A stretch of 60,953 bases of DNA, counting the filler, from Hausera hauseri (taxonomy: Eukaryota), in assembly GCA_046269625.1 (NCBI GenBank). It is 11 parts of 11 records of this genome, joined end to end, with 100 filler letters (N's around TTAATTAATTAA, not from the genome) between each part and the next. Parts side by side here need not be neighbours in the genome. Positions count along the whole stretch, not along the records: positions 1 to 5,902 come from JBJURY010171529.1; positions 6,003 to 14,032 come from JBJURY010807642.1; 9 more parts are not named here. One strand, given 5' to 3'. A program made the position numbers and the translations under genes. This document shows positions 1 through 12,300 of this stretch, piece after piece. The stretch's first letter is position 1; each line of letters opens with the position of its first letter. Below the pieces are notes generated by a model that worked only from the letters and a program-made list of their open reading frames with translations, did not search any database and was not told the DNA's origin.

Positions 1-1340
1 GAACCATATTGCAGTTTGACCATATTCCTTGGTTATTAAGGAGTAAAGATTAGGCGCAGGTAACGCGATTACCCAACCGCCCGTGATCTCACGAATTTAA
101 TGTTGTGACCCCTTTATATGTTGGAGTTGTATTCTCGATCAGAATGCTGATACTGCAGATCCAACACAGAAAGCGTTACTGAAGGTGGCGAAGCGTCACT
201 AGCAACAAAATTAATTGAGGAAAGTTTTAATTACCAACATAAGATTGGAATGTTTACTATTATGCTTGATACGAAATACAGTTGGGGATCAATTAGAAAC
301 ACAACTGTCTCATGTCAAAAGCAAAATATTTGGTTTCATTTTTTCCATGCATTGATTGAAGACGGATATCCATATCATGCTGTGAATGAAGTCTACTTTT
401 TTATGCCATCATTGTTGATGTTTCATGCGAAAAATGAATATCCGAATTTCAAAATGATTAAAATTGAAGGTCGAAGCCATATCTATCAAAGGATTTTGCC
501 TTATTACTTATCAAGTGAGGTTGAGGTCGGGATTGTAGAGACCCGATCTACTAACAATATTTGTATCAATTAACTTTACCAAGTTCAATACTCCATCACA
601 AACCTCTGCGCATTTTGATATAATTTCAAAACCATCTTGCAAATAAGCACTTTTTATCTTTAAACACAACCTGTTCCATAATCCTTGAAAATTTCATTCA
701 TTTACAACTAAACAACTATAACAACTTCTCCACACATTAGGATAATAAATTATTTTGCCTAATTATATACAATTTTGAGCACACGTACCACAAAATCCAC
801 AGCAATTTTCATAACGTTAAAATTCTGTACTGGCACTTTTTCATTATACTTATTCACTGAAATCTACACTCCATTTTATATATTTTACTTTACCGCTTAT
901 TTAATTTTTACTTTAGCCGCATTACTTAACAATACTTGTACAATACACAGGAATGGTGGAGATACCCATCAAGGGGTTTAACATAACAAGAGAGAAACAC
1001 ATTTATATTTACACAACTGCGATTTCAAATCACAAATTTGTTATTGTTCAGATTGTTGTTTTTATATAATAACATCATAAATGTTATTGTTATAATTTAA
1101 GATTTTGATTCTGTATATTGAGATTTCCGATTTGAAATTCGGGTTTGAATATATACAAATGTCATTTCGTAACTTGTTTTTCAGTTTGATTCAGACTGAT
1201 TGATTTTGTATTCAAACTGTTTTTATCATTTGCATTTTGATTTTATTTGATATTTCAGGTTACTTAGTTAGGAAACCCTAACATCATGTGAGGTGATAAA
1301 ATACTGTTCGTGAAACAGAGGATTACCTAGAAGTTAAGTA

Positions 1341-1438
1341 CATGGTGCGCCCAATAAGTAGTGAGCCTACCATAGAAAACATAATTTGATTTAAATGTTA
1401 TTTATTTTCCATAAGAAGCAAGTTATAAAGGCATGATT
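1341..1438 (+). repeat. Left terminal inverted repeat (~98 bp) of mariner
   Basis: Reverse complement of 2523-2620 with about 7 mismatches. Confidence 0.9.
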
Positions 1439-1461
1439 TCTCAAAGGAATTTACATTTACA

Positions 1462-2463
1462 TTAACACATTTTCCAGCGCACAACAAGGTCCTGGAAGTC
1501 TTTTCCGAAGAATTCTGACGGGTGTTGGGCAAAAAATTTCAGACTGTATCCTTCAAATGTTGTTTCGTAGCGAAATCTCGACCTTAGAACTCGCTTAAGA
1601 TGGTTAAAGAGATAGTAATCGGAAGGTGCAAAATCAGGACTGTAGGGAGGATGGGAGAGCAAAGTGATGCGACAATCCTCAATTGATGACATTGACAGCC
1701 AACTTGTGTGAATGGGTGCATTGTCGTGCAAATAGTACAAGTTACAGACTCTGCTTTTCCTTCTAAGCTTTTTGGCCTGTTGCTCGAGCCTAGAGTAATA
1801 CTCGCTGGCGATACACACGCCGATCAACCAAGTCGGCGAGGAATATGCCTTTGCATCCTAAAAAGTGTTGAGCATGACAGCTTTTTGTGACATATTGACG
1901 ACTGCATCTTCCTTGAAGACCCTTCCCCTGGCGGTTTCAACTCTTGAGACTCACGTATTGATTCGGGTACATAAAGAGCAAGAGGTGTTTCATCCATGGC
2001 TATAATATGCTGCAAGAAGCGGTCTCCAACGCGTTCAGATATTCAAGTTCTCCTGACAACAAATCAATTGGCGATCTTGCATCTCCGCTGTTATAAATTG
2101 CGGAACAAAGGGGGTACACATAATTCTAATTCCAGTTGCAGCAAATAATGATTGTAGAGTACCTTTGCTGACATTTAAACGCATTGTTAGTTCTCTGGTG
2201 GTTATTCGTCGCTCACTATGCACGATTTATTTGAATTTCTCCGATATTTCTTCCCCAATTTCACATAGCCTGTCTGATTTTTCTTCATCAAGAACAGATG
2301 TTCGACCATCTCTAAAATGGTTGAACCATCGTTTGACAGTAGCCATTGATGGACAATCTTCACCAAAAATAGAACTGAGATCGACGAATATCTCTTTCCG
2401 ACTTTTTCCTTTCGCGAACAAGAAGCGAATGATGTTTCGATATTGGACACTTTCCAAAGGCAT
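1462..2463 (-). pseudogene. Mariner transposase, broken into four ORF pieces
   Basis: HTH start (YRNIIRFLF...TVKRWFNHFRDG), RRITTREL, MDET, LHDNAPIH, HPPYSPDFAPSDYYLF. There are 34 residues between the second and third catalytic Asp (D34D). Confidence 0.93.
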
Positions 2464-2522
2464 TTTTAAAATTCTGCACTTTGTAGAATAATAAAAAATA
2501 ATTTATTGAAACAAATATAATG

Positions 2523-2620
2523 AATGATGCCTTTATAACTTGCTTGTTATGGAAAATAAATAGCATTTGAATCGGATTATGTTTTCTATGGTAGGCTCAC
2601 TACTTATTGGGCGCACCAAG
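2523..2620 (-). repeat. Right terminal inverted repeat (~98 bp) of mariner
   Basis: Reverse complement of 1341-1438. Confidence 0.9.
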
Positions 2621-3431
2621 TAATAAAGTAAAATATAATTAAAAGATAAATAATTAAAACGATTCAATAAAATCCATATTAGCATATATTGCGTAAATAT
2701 CACAAAAGAAAAGCAGAGAATAACTCTCACCTTTAGACAAGTGGATTTGTCTAATGTTGACCATTGTAGTAATATATCATAAATGAAGTGTGTGAAGGAA
2801 ATTCGAACGTCAAGATGTCGTGACCATTGAGAATGTGCATTATGGAGAGTGATATCCGAAAGATGTTGACAAACGTTTCGCCCGCTGGGTAATACTGTTG
2901 TAAAAATCAGATGCACCAGATTATGTGCGTCGGATAAGCTTATAAACAGCTTGCTCTCAAATTAACTCAATGGGAAATGTATCGAACTGATACTGATTTG
3001 AAGTTCATTTAATTTTCATATTTTACTTATTAACTTCCGGCGAACATCCAATCCAAATCGGACGGTATTAATGGATATTTGTGATCGAATACTGAACATT
3101 TTACATTTTCGTGATTGAACAATAACCTTCCACATCTCTGTGATCAAACTCAACCTTATATTTGTGCAATCAAACAAATCAGTTCTTACGCGTTATCGGT
3201 TTGTGTTATCGAGGGTGTTATATTGAATTCTTAGTACCTCGAAGGGGGCGGATTTATATATGGTTTTATACAGTTGTGCACCCTTGTTTGGGTTGCTTGT
3301 TTTACTGTTTAAAAGCGGTAACGAGGCAGTGTTTAAAACTTTGATTTGAAATAAAAAATATTGAATTTCATTTCCTATGGTGAAATTGAATTGGTCTTTT
3401 TTTTTTAAAAATTCGCCAAACAGAATTAGAA

Positions 3432-4079
3432 ATGTTACTAAACAGATATATGCACAAACGAAATATTTTCAAAAATAAACGAATTGAATTCGGAGATTTA
3501 GCTCAGAAATATGAATTTTTAAAAGATGCACTTATCAAATTCAGTGTTTAAAATGATGAAATTGAAATCGACTTTAAAAGTCCTATTCAATTAATAGCAA
3601 TTAGTCGAGCTTCGCTAATGGATAAATTCACATTAGACGTTATTATTCCATTAGACAGGTTTATTCCAACAATTAAGGTCAAATTATATTTTATGTTTAG
3701 AGGATATTTTATTGGACGATCGTAATTTGTTTAAAGGTGTTACTGGAAACCCCAATTGGGCAACTGTATTTGATATTGGGTGTGGAGCATCATATATTTA
3801 TCCGTTATTGGGTTGTGTAAAAATGGTTGGAGTTTTAAAACGACCGAAATTGACAACAAAAATGTTGAATTTGCTAATAAAAATGTGAATAATAAAGTTT
3901 CAAACAAAATTGAAGTGATTAAATCCGAAGGATTAAGTGAAAGCTGACTTTCATGAGCAATTGAGTTTGGTCGTCCAGTTGATTTCATTCATTTCGTCAT
4001 GTGTAATCCACCGTTTTTCGCTGATACCTCTGATAAAATTGTGCGAGATTGTGCGAAATCTATTAATACATTAATTTGA
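3432..4079 (+). pseudogene. METTL16: METTL16-like m6A RNA methyltransferase pseudogene (N-terminal MTase portion)
   Basis: Hand translation: MLLNRYMHKRNIFKNK...FSV*NDEIEIDFKSP...IIPLDRFIPTI, then a frameshift to LEDIL...FDIGCGASYIYPLLG...GWSFKTTEID...FVMCNPPFF. Three internal stops; absent from the ORF track. Confidence 0.9.
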
Positions 4080-4917
4080 GCAGATGTTAGGGTTTGTTAA
4101 CCAACATATACCCTAGCCAATTTAATTCAAAATAGATCATGATCCCAATAAAAGACTGACATATGATCCTGAATATTAACAATTGATCGTGATCCCAATA
4201 AAGACTATGACTACTATATGATCAATTCAATATTGTAAACTGTGACTGTGTATATTGTTGTGATGATTGATAAATCTTGTGTATATAACCATCTTGCCTT
4301 TTATATTATTGTTAAACCCTTTAATGGGTGTCATTGCCACTCGTGTTTCATATACCAGTATTGTTAATCAGAGCGGCTGAATAATAATTAATTAACTAAA
4401 ACAATAATTATAAGTAACTTTGATACTTTAAAGGAAGTTGCCAAAGTTAATGCAAAATGGGAATGAAAAAGATACTGACTCGAGACATTTTTGGGTGATA
4501 CCGAGGAGACGATAACTCCTTTTCTCGAGTAAATATCACAACAAAATTTGAATAATGAAAAGGTTGCAAAGGAAAAAATTATTTAGAATTATTTCCTTAT
4601 ACTAAACATATTAGATTCCTGAATACAGCTATCCGAAAAGCAACATGTGTCAACGAAATATTAATGACCAACACTTCAGCAAGATTAAGTATTAAAAAAC
4701 CTGTCAAATACAGAAATTTCATTCGCAAATTTGCAATTTGAAATGAAATTAACAGTTTTAACTATTAATTAATAATTTTTACAAAAAACCGAGCATTAGT
4801 AACTATAAAATTATCACAAGAACATGTCATGTTTATAAAAAATGACACAGTAATCAAACTTTTAAAGTACCAATTTGGAAAGTAACTAGCGCCAAACTGA
4901 AAAGTCATTTATTTCAG

Positions 4918-5902
4918 AAGAATTTTGGACAGGAAAAGTTTGTGGCAATGAACAAATCGCTGCACCTGTATCAGTGAGAAAATCTAGGGATTGCGTTGTA
5001 GGAGCGGTGATTGCAGCGTTTGGAGTAAAGATAGCAAAAGAGGCGTGTAGGCATTAAGAAGGTGAAGCAGTGCCTTTGCCAGAGTTTGCCGTGACGTCTG
5101 GCGGCAAACTTAGTTTTTTTGGAAAGGTGAACTAGGACGACTATTAGAAGGAAAGGTAGCACGTTCGTTGTTCGTATCTGTTTGTAAAGTACAGCCTGGA
5201 ATGCATTTACGAGCTTGATTTTTAAACTTTGCGTGGCAAATGCAATCAACAGTGTCTGAAAAAAACTTATTGTAAAATTTGCACCCTAAGGCAGCATTTT
5301 TTGGTACTTTTATTGAACCTGCTGTGATAATAGCAGATAGAGGACTGCGCTGGCGATGGTATCCGGTTTCTAGGTACAGAATGGGCGTGATCAGCGACAA
5401 ATTCTCTTCGGTGAGACAGCGAAAGTTCATTTAGTTTATTACTAATATTAGTAATTGTTGCGTGCAGTGCTGTATTTTTGGCACGTAGTTGGCTGAGATG
5501 TTGTTCAATCGATGCGTTGTTGCTGTGAATATCGTATGCAGCAACTGCCGCCGAAACGATTGGTGGGGAGTTTAAGTGTAAAACGTTGTGTGTCTTGTCG
5601 GCTAATTCGGCCAATTTTTCAAGAGCCGTAGAGTCCTCCACGAAGGTAAGTAGGGCCCGAATTTGGATGGGCAACGCGTTGAGGAAGTAGTGACGAAGCA
5701 ATTTTGGATTATGTTCTTTCGTGACGCCGAGAGTTTGTAGGTGTGCCAAAGAAGTACGTAAAAAGTCTGATGGTCGTTGTGTACCTATGGCGTTGTCGTG
5801 AAAGAAGCGTTGTATGATAGTGTCTATGTAGGGTTCTGTGATCTTAAGAACGGCGTTGAAGAGTTGTGAATACGGATCAGGAAGTTCGAAGATTTGAATG
5901 AT
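4918..5902 (-). mobile_element. Ty3/gypsy CsRn1-like retrotransposon copy 1 (gag 3' half to protease start; truncated)
   Basis: YFLNALPIQIRALL, two C-X2-H-X9-C-X3-C motifs, AAAAAAC-TAA slip site (5110-5119), DTGA protease. Homologous to 46088-49511 and 49612-53505. Confidence 0.9.
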
Positions 5903-6002
5903 NNNNNNNNNNNNNNNNNNNNNNNNNNNNNNNNNNNNNNNNNNNNTTAATTAATTAANNNNNNNNNNNNNNNNNNNNNNNNNNNNNNNNNNNNNNNNNN
6001 NN
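5903..6002. other. Artificial contig linker N44-TTAATTAATTAA-N44 (also at 14033, 19227, 26679, 30794, 35482, 39465, 43915, 49512, 56851)
   Basis: The same 100-nt spacer with six-frame stop codons occurs ten times, so adjacency across linkers has no biological meaning. Confidence 0.98.
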
Positions 6003-6364
6003 AAATAATTTATTTTTTGCAATTTCCGACTTATATATAGTATAATTAATACAAACAAAATGATTTTATTATTTTTCCGATGCACAAGTAGGCCTTCACT
6101 ATCTATGGCAGGCGCAGTAAATAATTTTAAATGAATTCAAAAATTAGCCTTTCACTCTAAAATAACAGATTTAAACAAATGTCCAATCTTCAAATTTATT
6201 TGTCAGACCACATATGTTGATTATGGTTTGGGAGTTTATTATTAAATTATAATTGCTACTGGTGACCGTAATTTCCATATGGAAATTTGTGTTCTGTACT
6301 AACAGAGTGTTCCTTGTTAGAAATAATTATTTTATCAGATATTTCATTAAACGATGTCTTGTAG

Positions 6365-9300
6365 ATAATTCTGTCTCATTTATTCGGTCTTCTGCACACG
6401 AACGTTACATCTTTATTGCGACACATTACTACAGCAATTCGTACATTTTGTGATAACGACTCAAACGATCAACTGACCGAAAAACAAATTGAAACGAATC
6501 AAAAAGAAATCTGGCCATCGATCGAATACTTTTTGAACTACATCGAATCTGTTGAAGAAAAAGAAACCACTGATAATAGACTCGTCTTCACATCTCCACT
6601 GGAACAATCGCACATTCTTAATCGACTGAACGTATCCCGTGAAATAGATTGGGCATTATACCGTCAACGACTCATGAAACTTCTTTCATACTTTCCCACT
6701 CTCGCCGGTCAGAAAACACGAGTCTTATCACCAATTCTCGTCAAATTGTTTTCCAATACCATACAGTCCAAGAAATTTTCCTATAAACTCAAAGACGAAA
6801 CGCTAATCTCATTGTTGGAAGTGTATTCGAAAATCCCGAACATATCTTGTTCTTTCAACGAAAAGAAATTGAAGAGTCTCTTCTACAAGGGTTTGACCAA
6901 CAGAAATGGTCTAATTCAACGAGCTGCCTTTTCTGTTCTGCTGAATTACAAAATGCCGGAATTGATGGCATATCGGGAGTACATTTTCGATGTTATTGAC
7001 AACAAGAAAGACGAATTGAAAAAAGTCTCGTTCAGTAATATCGAGTCGGGTCATCGAGCTGCCGTTGTGCCGATTATGATTCGAATTGTCGTAGGGAAAC
7101 TGAAGAACAAACAGAAGGAAAAACATTTAGTTCATTATCTTCAAGAGATGGACCAGAGTGGAATTAACACGTTGATATCAGTTCTCTTCGAGGGATTGAA
7201 TGTTGTTGATACGATACAGTCTCAGGTTGATATCAGTTACATTGGTAGTTCCATTAAACAATACGTCGAAGGGGAGTTGTCAAAACAAGAATCGAATTGG
7301 TTCAGAATCCAAAGCTTGTTCAAGGTTCTCCAAGGAGTTTGTAACAGTTTAGAAGCCGTTGTTTGTGGATGTTCGTACAAACTCAGTACAGAAGAGGTGG
7401 AGAAGATTCTTGGAGTAGTTATTGATGTATATTGGTGCTGTTCTTTGGTTCGTTCATGGACACGAAAAGTATCTCATGTGCATCAGGATGAGATGATGGA
7501 TGTCGACGATGTAGTGGAAGAAGAAAAAGATGGATCGGAAGCCGGGGAGACAGAAATCGAGAACAACGAAGAAAATCAAGAGAGTAATGAAATTGAAACC
7601 GGAGAAGATCAGCAAGATGAAGCGGATTTCAAAACTGAAATTGAAGTTGAAGAACCAGAAGATGTTCGACACATCACTCAAGCCAGACCATTACGACAGT
7701 TATGTTCGAAAATCATTCTGTTCTTTTTCAAGAAATTTGAAAATTTCCCATGGTCCAGCCGAATTCTGGAACACATTACCAAGGATATAGTTGAGGTACA
7801 GTTACCAAATATCGCCATAGAGAATGTGATGAGCATGAATTTGACAATCCAATTATCCGTTATTTGGTCGTACCATCCAAGTCTCATTCAAATGATCTCA
7901 TCCGAATTGTTCGCCCAGTTTGTACGGTTACTACTCAATCCAAAACTGAAACGTGACGTCGGATCTCGATTGGTCGTCATCATTTACAATATTGTTCAAC
8001 ATTCAAAAAATCCGGATATGAAATGTGCCATTTCATTACAATCTATGGTGAAGGAGAATATTGGCAGTTTGATCAGTTATTTGGATGGACGAATCGGATT
8101 GTTGAAATCTCGTAGGAAAATGAACTTATCAACAAAGAACGTTGAATTCTCGACGGGATCCGTTTTTCGAAAAGAGTTGTCATTGGTGACAACATGTGTG
8201 GAATATCTAATAACTGACACAGTCGGGGAATCTGAAGAAGCCATGTTGCGAATGGCGAACAGCGTTCTCGTGTACTTGTATTCCACAAACCAATTGGGTG
8301 TACTGATAAATAGTGATAATGACAATGAAGTTATCGAACAAATTGAAGTTGACTTGTTGCGAGCATTGTATTCTGTGTTACAAGTCGTGCCGGTCGAAAG
8401 ATCATACTCAATTATGGAGCGAACAATCGGTCTGTTCGGGCGATTTACTCGCCGAGCATCTCGCAGTCTACTTGTCCAGTCCGTTGACGGTATCTGGCAA
8501 CGAATGGTTTCTCAAATATCGATACCGGATTTCGTTCCACCGTTAGGTCACACGGTGTCCATGTTAAATTCATGGAATGAGAAGCGAATAGCCGAGATGG
8601 ATTCCGAGAAAATCGGCAACATGTTTGAAACTCTAACTAAATTTCTGCGAACAAATCCGATGAGTCAATTCATCACGAACGTCGATCTTCAGCAATTTGG
8701 TACTCAAATACACCCAATATTATGGTCATTGATAGCTGCCGCACATTGTTGCCTGTTCCTTCTGACGAAATTCGATGAAATCGGAATCAGACAGTCTGGA
8801 GTTGATTTCCTGGAGACGTTGATAGAATCTACTGCAGCGGTCAATAATGATCGATTGACGAACACGTTGTTCATGGATGGGATTTGGCCGGGAATACGTA
8901 CAGGATTGCGGTGTACACAGGAGATATTTCATTACACATTTGTTGGATTGGTACATTGCGCAATTCGCAGTTTCCGTCACACGTTACGATTTGCTGATTT
9001 GGTCAAATTGGTACAGCTGGAGAAAGATCAGAAATCATTTTTCAAACAAGTTGTCAGTATGACACCGGCTCTAATCGGCGATGCTATGCGATATTTACGG
9101 AAATTTCTCGATAAGAATACAGTTGGGAAACAGAATACGATGGAAGTTTTGTTGCCGATTGTTCAATTTCGCATTTCGGCAACGGCAAGGGATGGTCATG
9201 GAGGTGAACATGATTCCACAGGAGCGTTGGCGGCATTGACAGGTCTCGTACGGGGTTTTGGTGAAGTTGAGTATAGGCGGATGGTAAATGAGCAGATGAA

Positions 9301-12300
9301 TCGGATGGATGCATGTGCCGTACGCGTATTGATTGCGTTATTACAAGGATATGAGCAGGGTGTTAGTACGGAGGCAGATGAGTTCATGTTGCAGACTCTC
9401 AACAGACTGGACAGTCACGTTACTCAACGACCTGTTGGTGTCCATCGGAAGGCGGGAAAATCGGACAATAGTGCAAAAATGGAATTACAAGTGCCACTCG
9501 TTGTGGCGATGGTACGAATTGCAGTTCGATTGCCACGACGGTATTTGAAGGGACTCGTTACCAAATCCATCATTCGAATCTGCGAATTTCTCAAGTCAGA
9601 AGATATAAAAGTTCGTAAGCAAGCCGGCCAAACTCTCCTGACTGTATTGGATATTTTGAACAAATCGGACGACGACGACGCCGAAGAGCCGGCATTTTTC
9701 GGATTCATGGCGCAGATGGTGTGTGATCAACTTCAAAGGGGATTCCATCAACACGTAGCATTGTTCACAATTCATCAATTGCTCATCAAATTGGACGGAA
9801 AACAAACGTTCGCCGGCCGAAAGTTACGTCAGTCAACAATCGATTGTTACACAGCGGCTTATTTCAGCGAATTATTTGGCGAACTGGCTACAGAACGTAA
9901 TGATCGCCAGGCGGCAGAGAAAACGTCATCGGTTGTTGCTGAAGGGAAACAAGTGAAGGCTTATGAGGGATTTCGGGTGTTGGCGAGTCTGGTAGATAGG
10001 GGACAATTGTTGCTGTTGTTGAAGTCGATCGGTGATGTTGCAGCGGGTATGAGAAGTAGGGCGAACATGAAGAAACTGCATCAGTTATTGGAAATGGTAG
10101 TATCTGACAGCGGTCTGATGAAGAATGATCGTCTTGATGCGGAAGTGTTGTTCACAGTAGCGGCAATGCTTGTTAACGATAACGCCGATGGTTTACTCGC
10201 TGCAGAAGAACAGATTCGTATGTCGACAGCCACCGGAACAACTAAAACATCAGCCGATCTCCATTTGTACAAACGTGGTCGCCGACTTGACGGTTTAGAC
10301 ACGCCACTCGTGACGGCAGCTCATGGCGGTCCAACATATTTACTGACTGCATCTGGCCTGTCGTTATTACATCGACTTAGTAAAGCACAAAAAATAAATG
10401 CCACGGTGGATGTTGCGTCAATGTTGGCCCCGGTCGTCCCTGCAGTGTTGCGTATTCTCCGTACTGTCCAGCATAGACCTGTGTTGTTACCGGCTCTTCG
10501 TTGTCTTAAACAAATGGTCAGGGTGAGACTTCCACAACTCGCTGACTCAATCGATGATTCATGTTTATCTTTATTCCGTCTGCAACATCACGGTAGTACG
10601 ACACACGATCAGGAACAACGTATGATGAGAGTTTTGATCAATGAGTCATTAGCGGGAATCATCCAGAATTACTCAGTGGGATTAAATGACGATCAATACG
10701 GTATAGTTATGGCTGGTTTGCAATTGGATACTGCATCAGCTAGTGAGAGAGGCCAATTGACATCAATGGCGCTGTTGAAGGCTGTCATCAATCGTAGAAT
10801 CCAAGAACCAACGAGTGATGGTCGAATTGTACGTCTGTCTGACGGACTGGAAACGCAACTGAAGACGGTGATGGAACAAGTGAGAGAATTGGCAATTACG
10901 GGGTACAGTGAACGGGCAATGACGGACGCACGATGTGCACTGCTATTGTACGTTCAACGAATGCGTCACGATGAACAATTAATCACCGGTCTTTTGATCA
11001 ATTTGCTGAAACAGCTGACGTCATTGCCCGATCAATGTCTGTCATCTGCGGCGTTGTTGTTAATCAGCATAGCCAGCAAATGTGCACATGTGTTCGGGAA
11101 ATTGGCTGCTCGCGTTGTTGCATGTGTCATGATCGCTATGCGTCGGGATGTATCGGATAAGGCAGAGAAATCAATGGTATTACTGGTAGAACGGACGATG
11201 GAGTTAATTGACGATGGGTGTCGTGTTGATCTATTGAAAATGGTGATGGACGAATATGGACGACGTACTGTCGCTGATGGGCCTTATCGATCTGCGGTGA
11301 GACTTATGACGACAATTGGTCGATCAGTGAATGAACAGGGAACACAGCGACTTCGGGTTATTGATCTGCTGATGAAGGATTTACCAGCAGTTGTGGAGCA
11401 TGTTTCTCATGTTCGTGAACAAATTGCCGCTGCCAGGGGACAGGATGCAGATTTGATGAGTGTAGTGGTTAATGCACAGAGAAATGTTGATAGGGCCGAG
11501 GAAGAAGAAGAAAATGATGATGATGAAACGGACAATGAGTCAGTGGAGGATATGGAAGAAATGGCCGAAAGTATGGATAATGAAGAACAACCTCAGCCGT
11601 TAGTAGATAATTTCGACGAACTCAGCGAAAAAATGCGCTCGGCAAATGGCAATTTGCATTCGGTTCTTCAGGGGATTTCATCATTTCTGGACGTCGTTAG
11701 CAGTGACAAATTGTCAGAAACGGATGTTGAGTCTCTACGTCATTTACTGCGATATGGAAATTCACACGGCACATGGACAATGGTATTCGACAAACTGCTG
11801 ATTAGCGAGAATAGCGCAGTTCGTCTGCGAGTATCTCGCGACATCCTACAAGTTGCATTGAAATTAGAACTGGAATTCTCTCTGACAGCCGATTGTTCGT
11901 TCATCACAATTGACACCGTAATGACAATAATGCGCAACTCTTTCCGTCAATTGCATTTCACCAATCTGGAACAAATCGAATGCGAATCAGCAGTTACGAA
12001 CATGGTGCTACTCTGGCGAATCGTATCAGACAAATTCGATCGTCCGACTAAATTGGACTGTTACGGGAAATTTATCGGTCATGCAAATCGCGTTATCATG
12101 CACGAAATGAAAGAAGACAATTCCATAATGAGACGGTGTGCCATTTTGAAATTAATTGCTGCTGTCTGTGATAAATTGAACGCTGAAGATTTAACAGAAA
12201 AAGGATTGGAAGAAACTTTGATGTGGATTTGGTTGCGAGAAGATCGCGGTTGTCAGCTGGAATTGACGAGTACCAGACACCGTAAACATAAACGAACATC

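Larger units (their letters stand above)
1341..2620 (-). mobile_element. Full-length mariner (DD34D) DNA transposon, 1280 bp
   Basis: Inverted termini CATGGTGCGCCCAATAAGTAGTGAGCC... / ...GGCTCACTACTTATTGGGCGCACCAAG; TA on both sides (1339-40, 2621-22); transposase inside. Confidence 0.95.

Noticed and set aside
250-573. 107-aa ORF
   Set aside because: No recognisable family; may be another decayed fragment.
3432-4079. Stop-codon reassignment explaining in-frame TAA/TGA
   Set aside because: Frameshifts accompany the stops, and the 2048-aa UTP20 reads cleanly in the standard code.
5947-5958. Recurrent TTAATTAATTAA palindrome
   Set aside because: Synthetic linker embedded in Ns.
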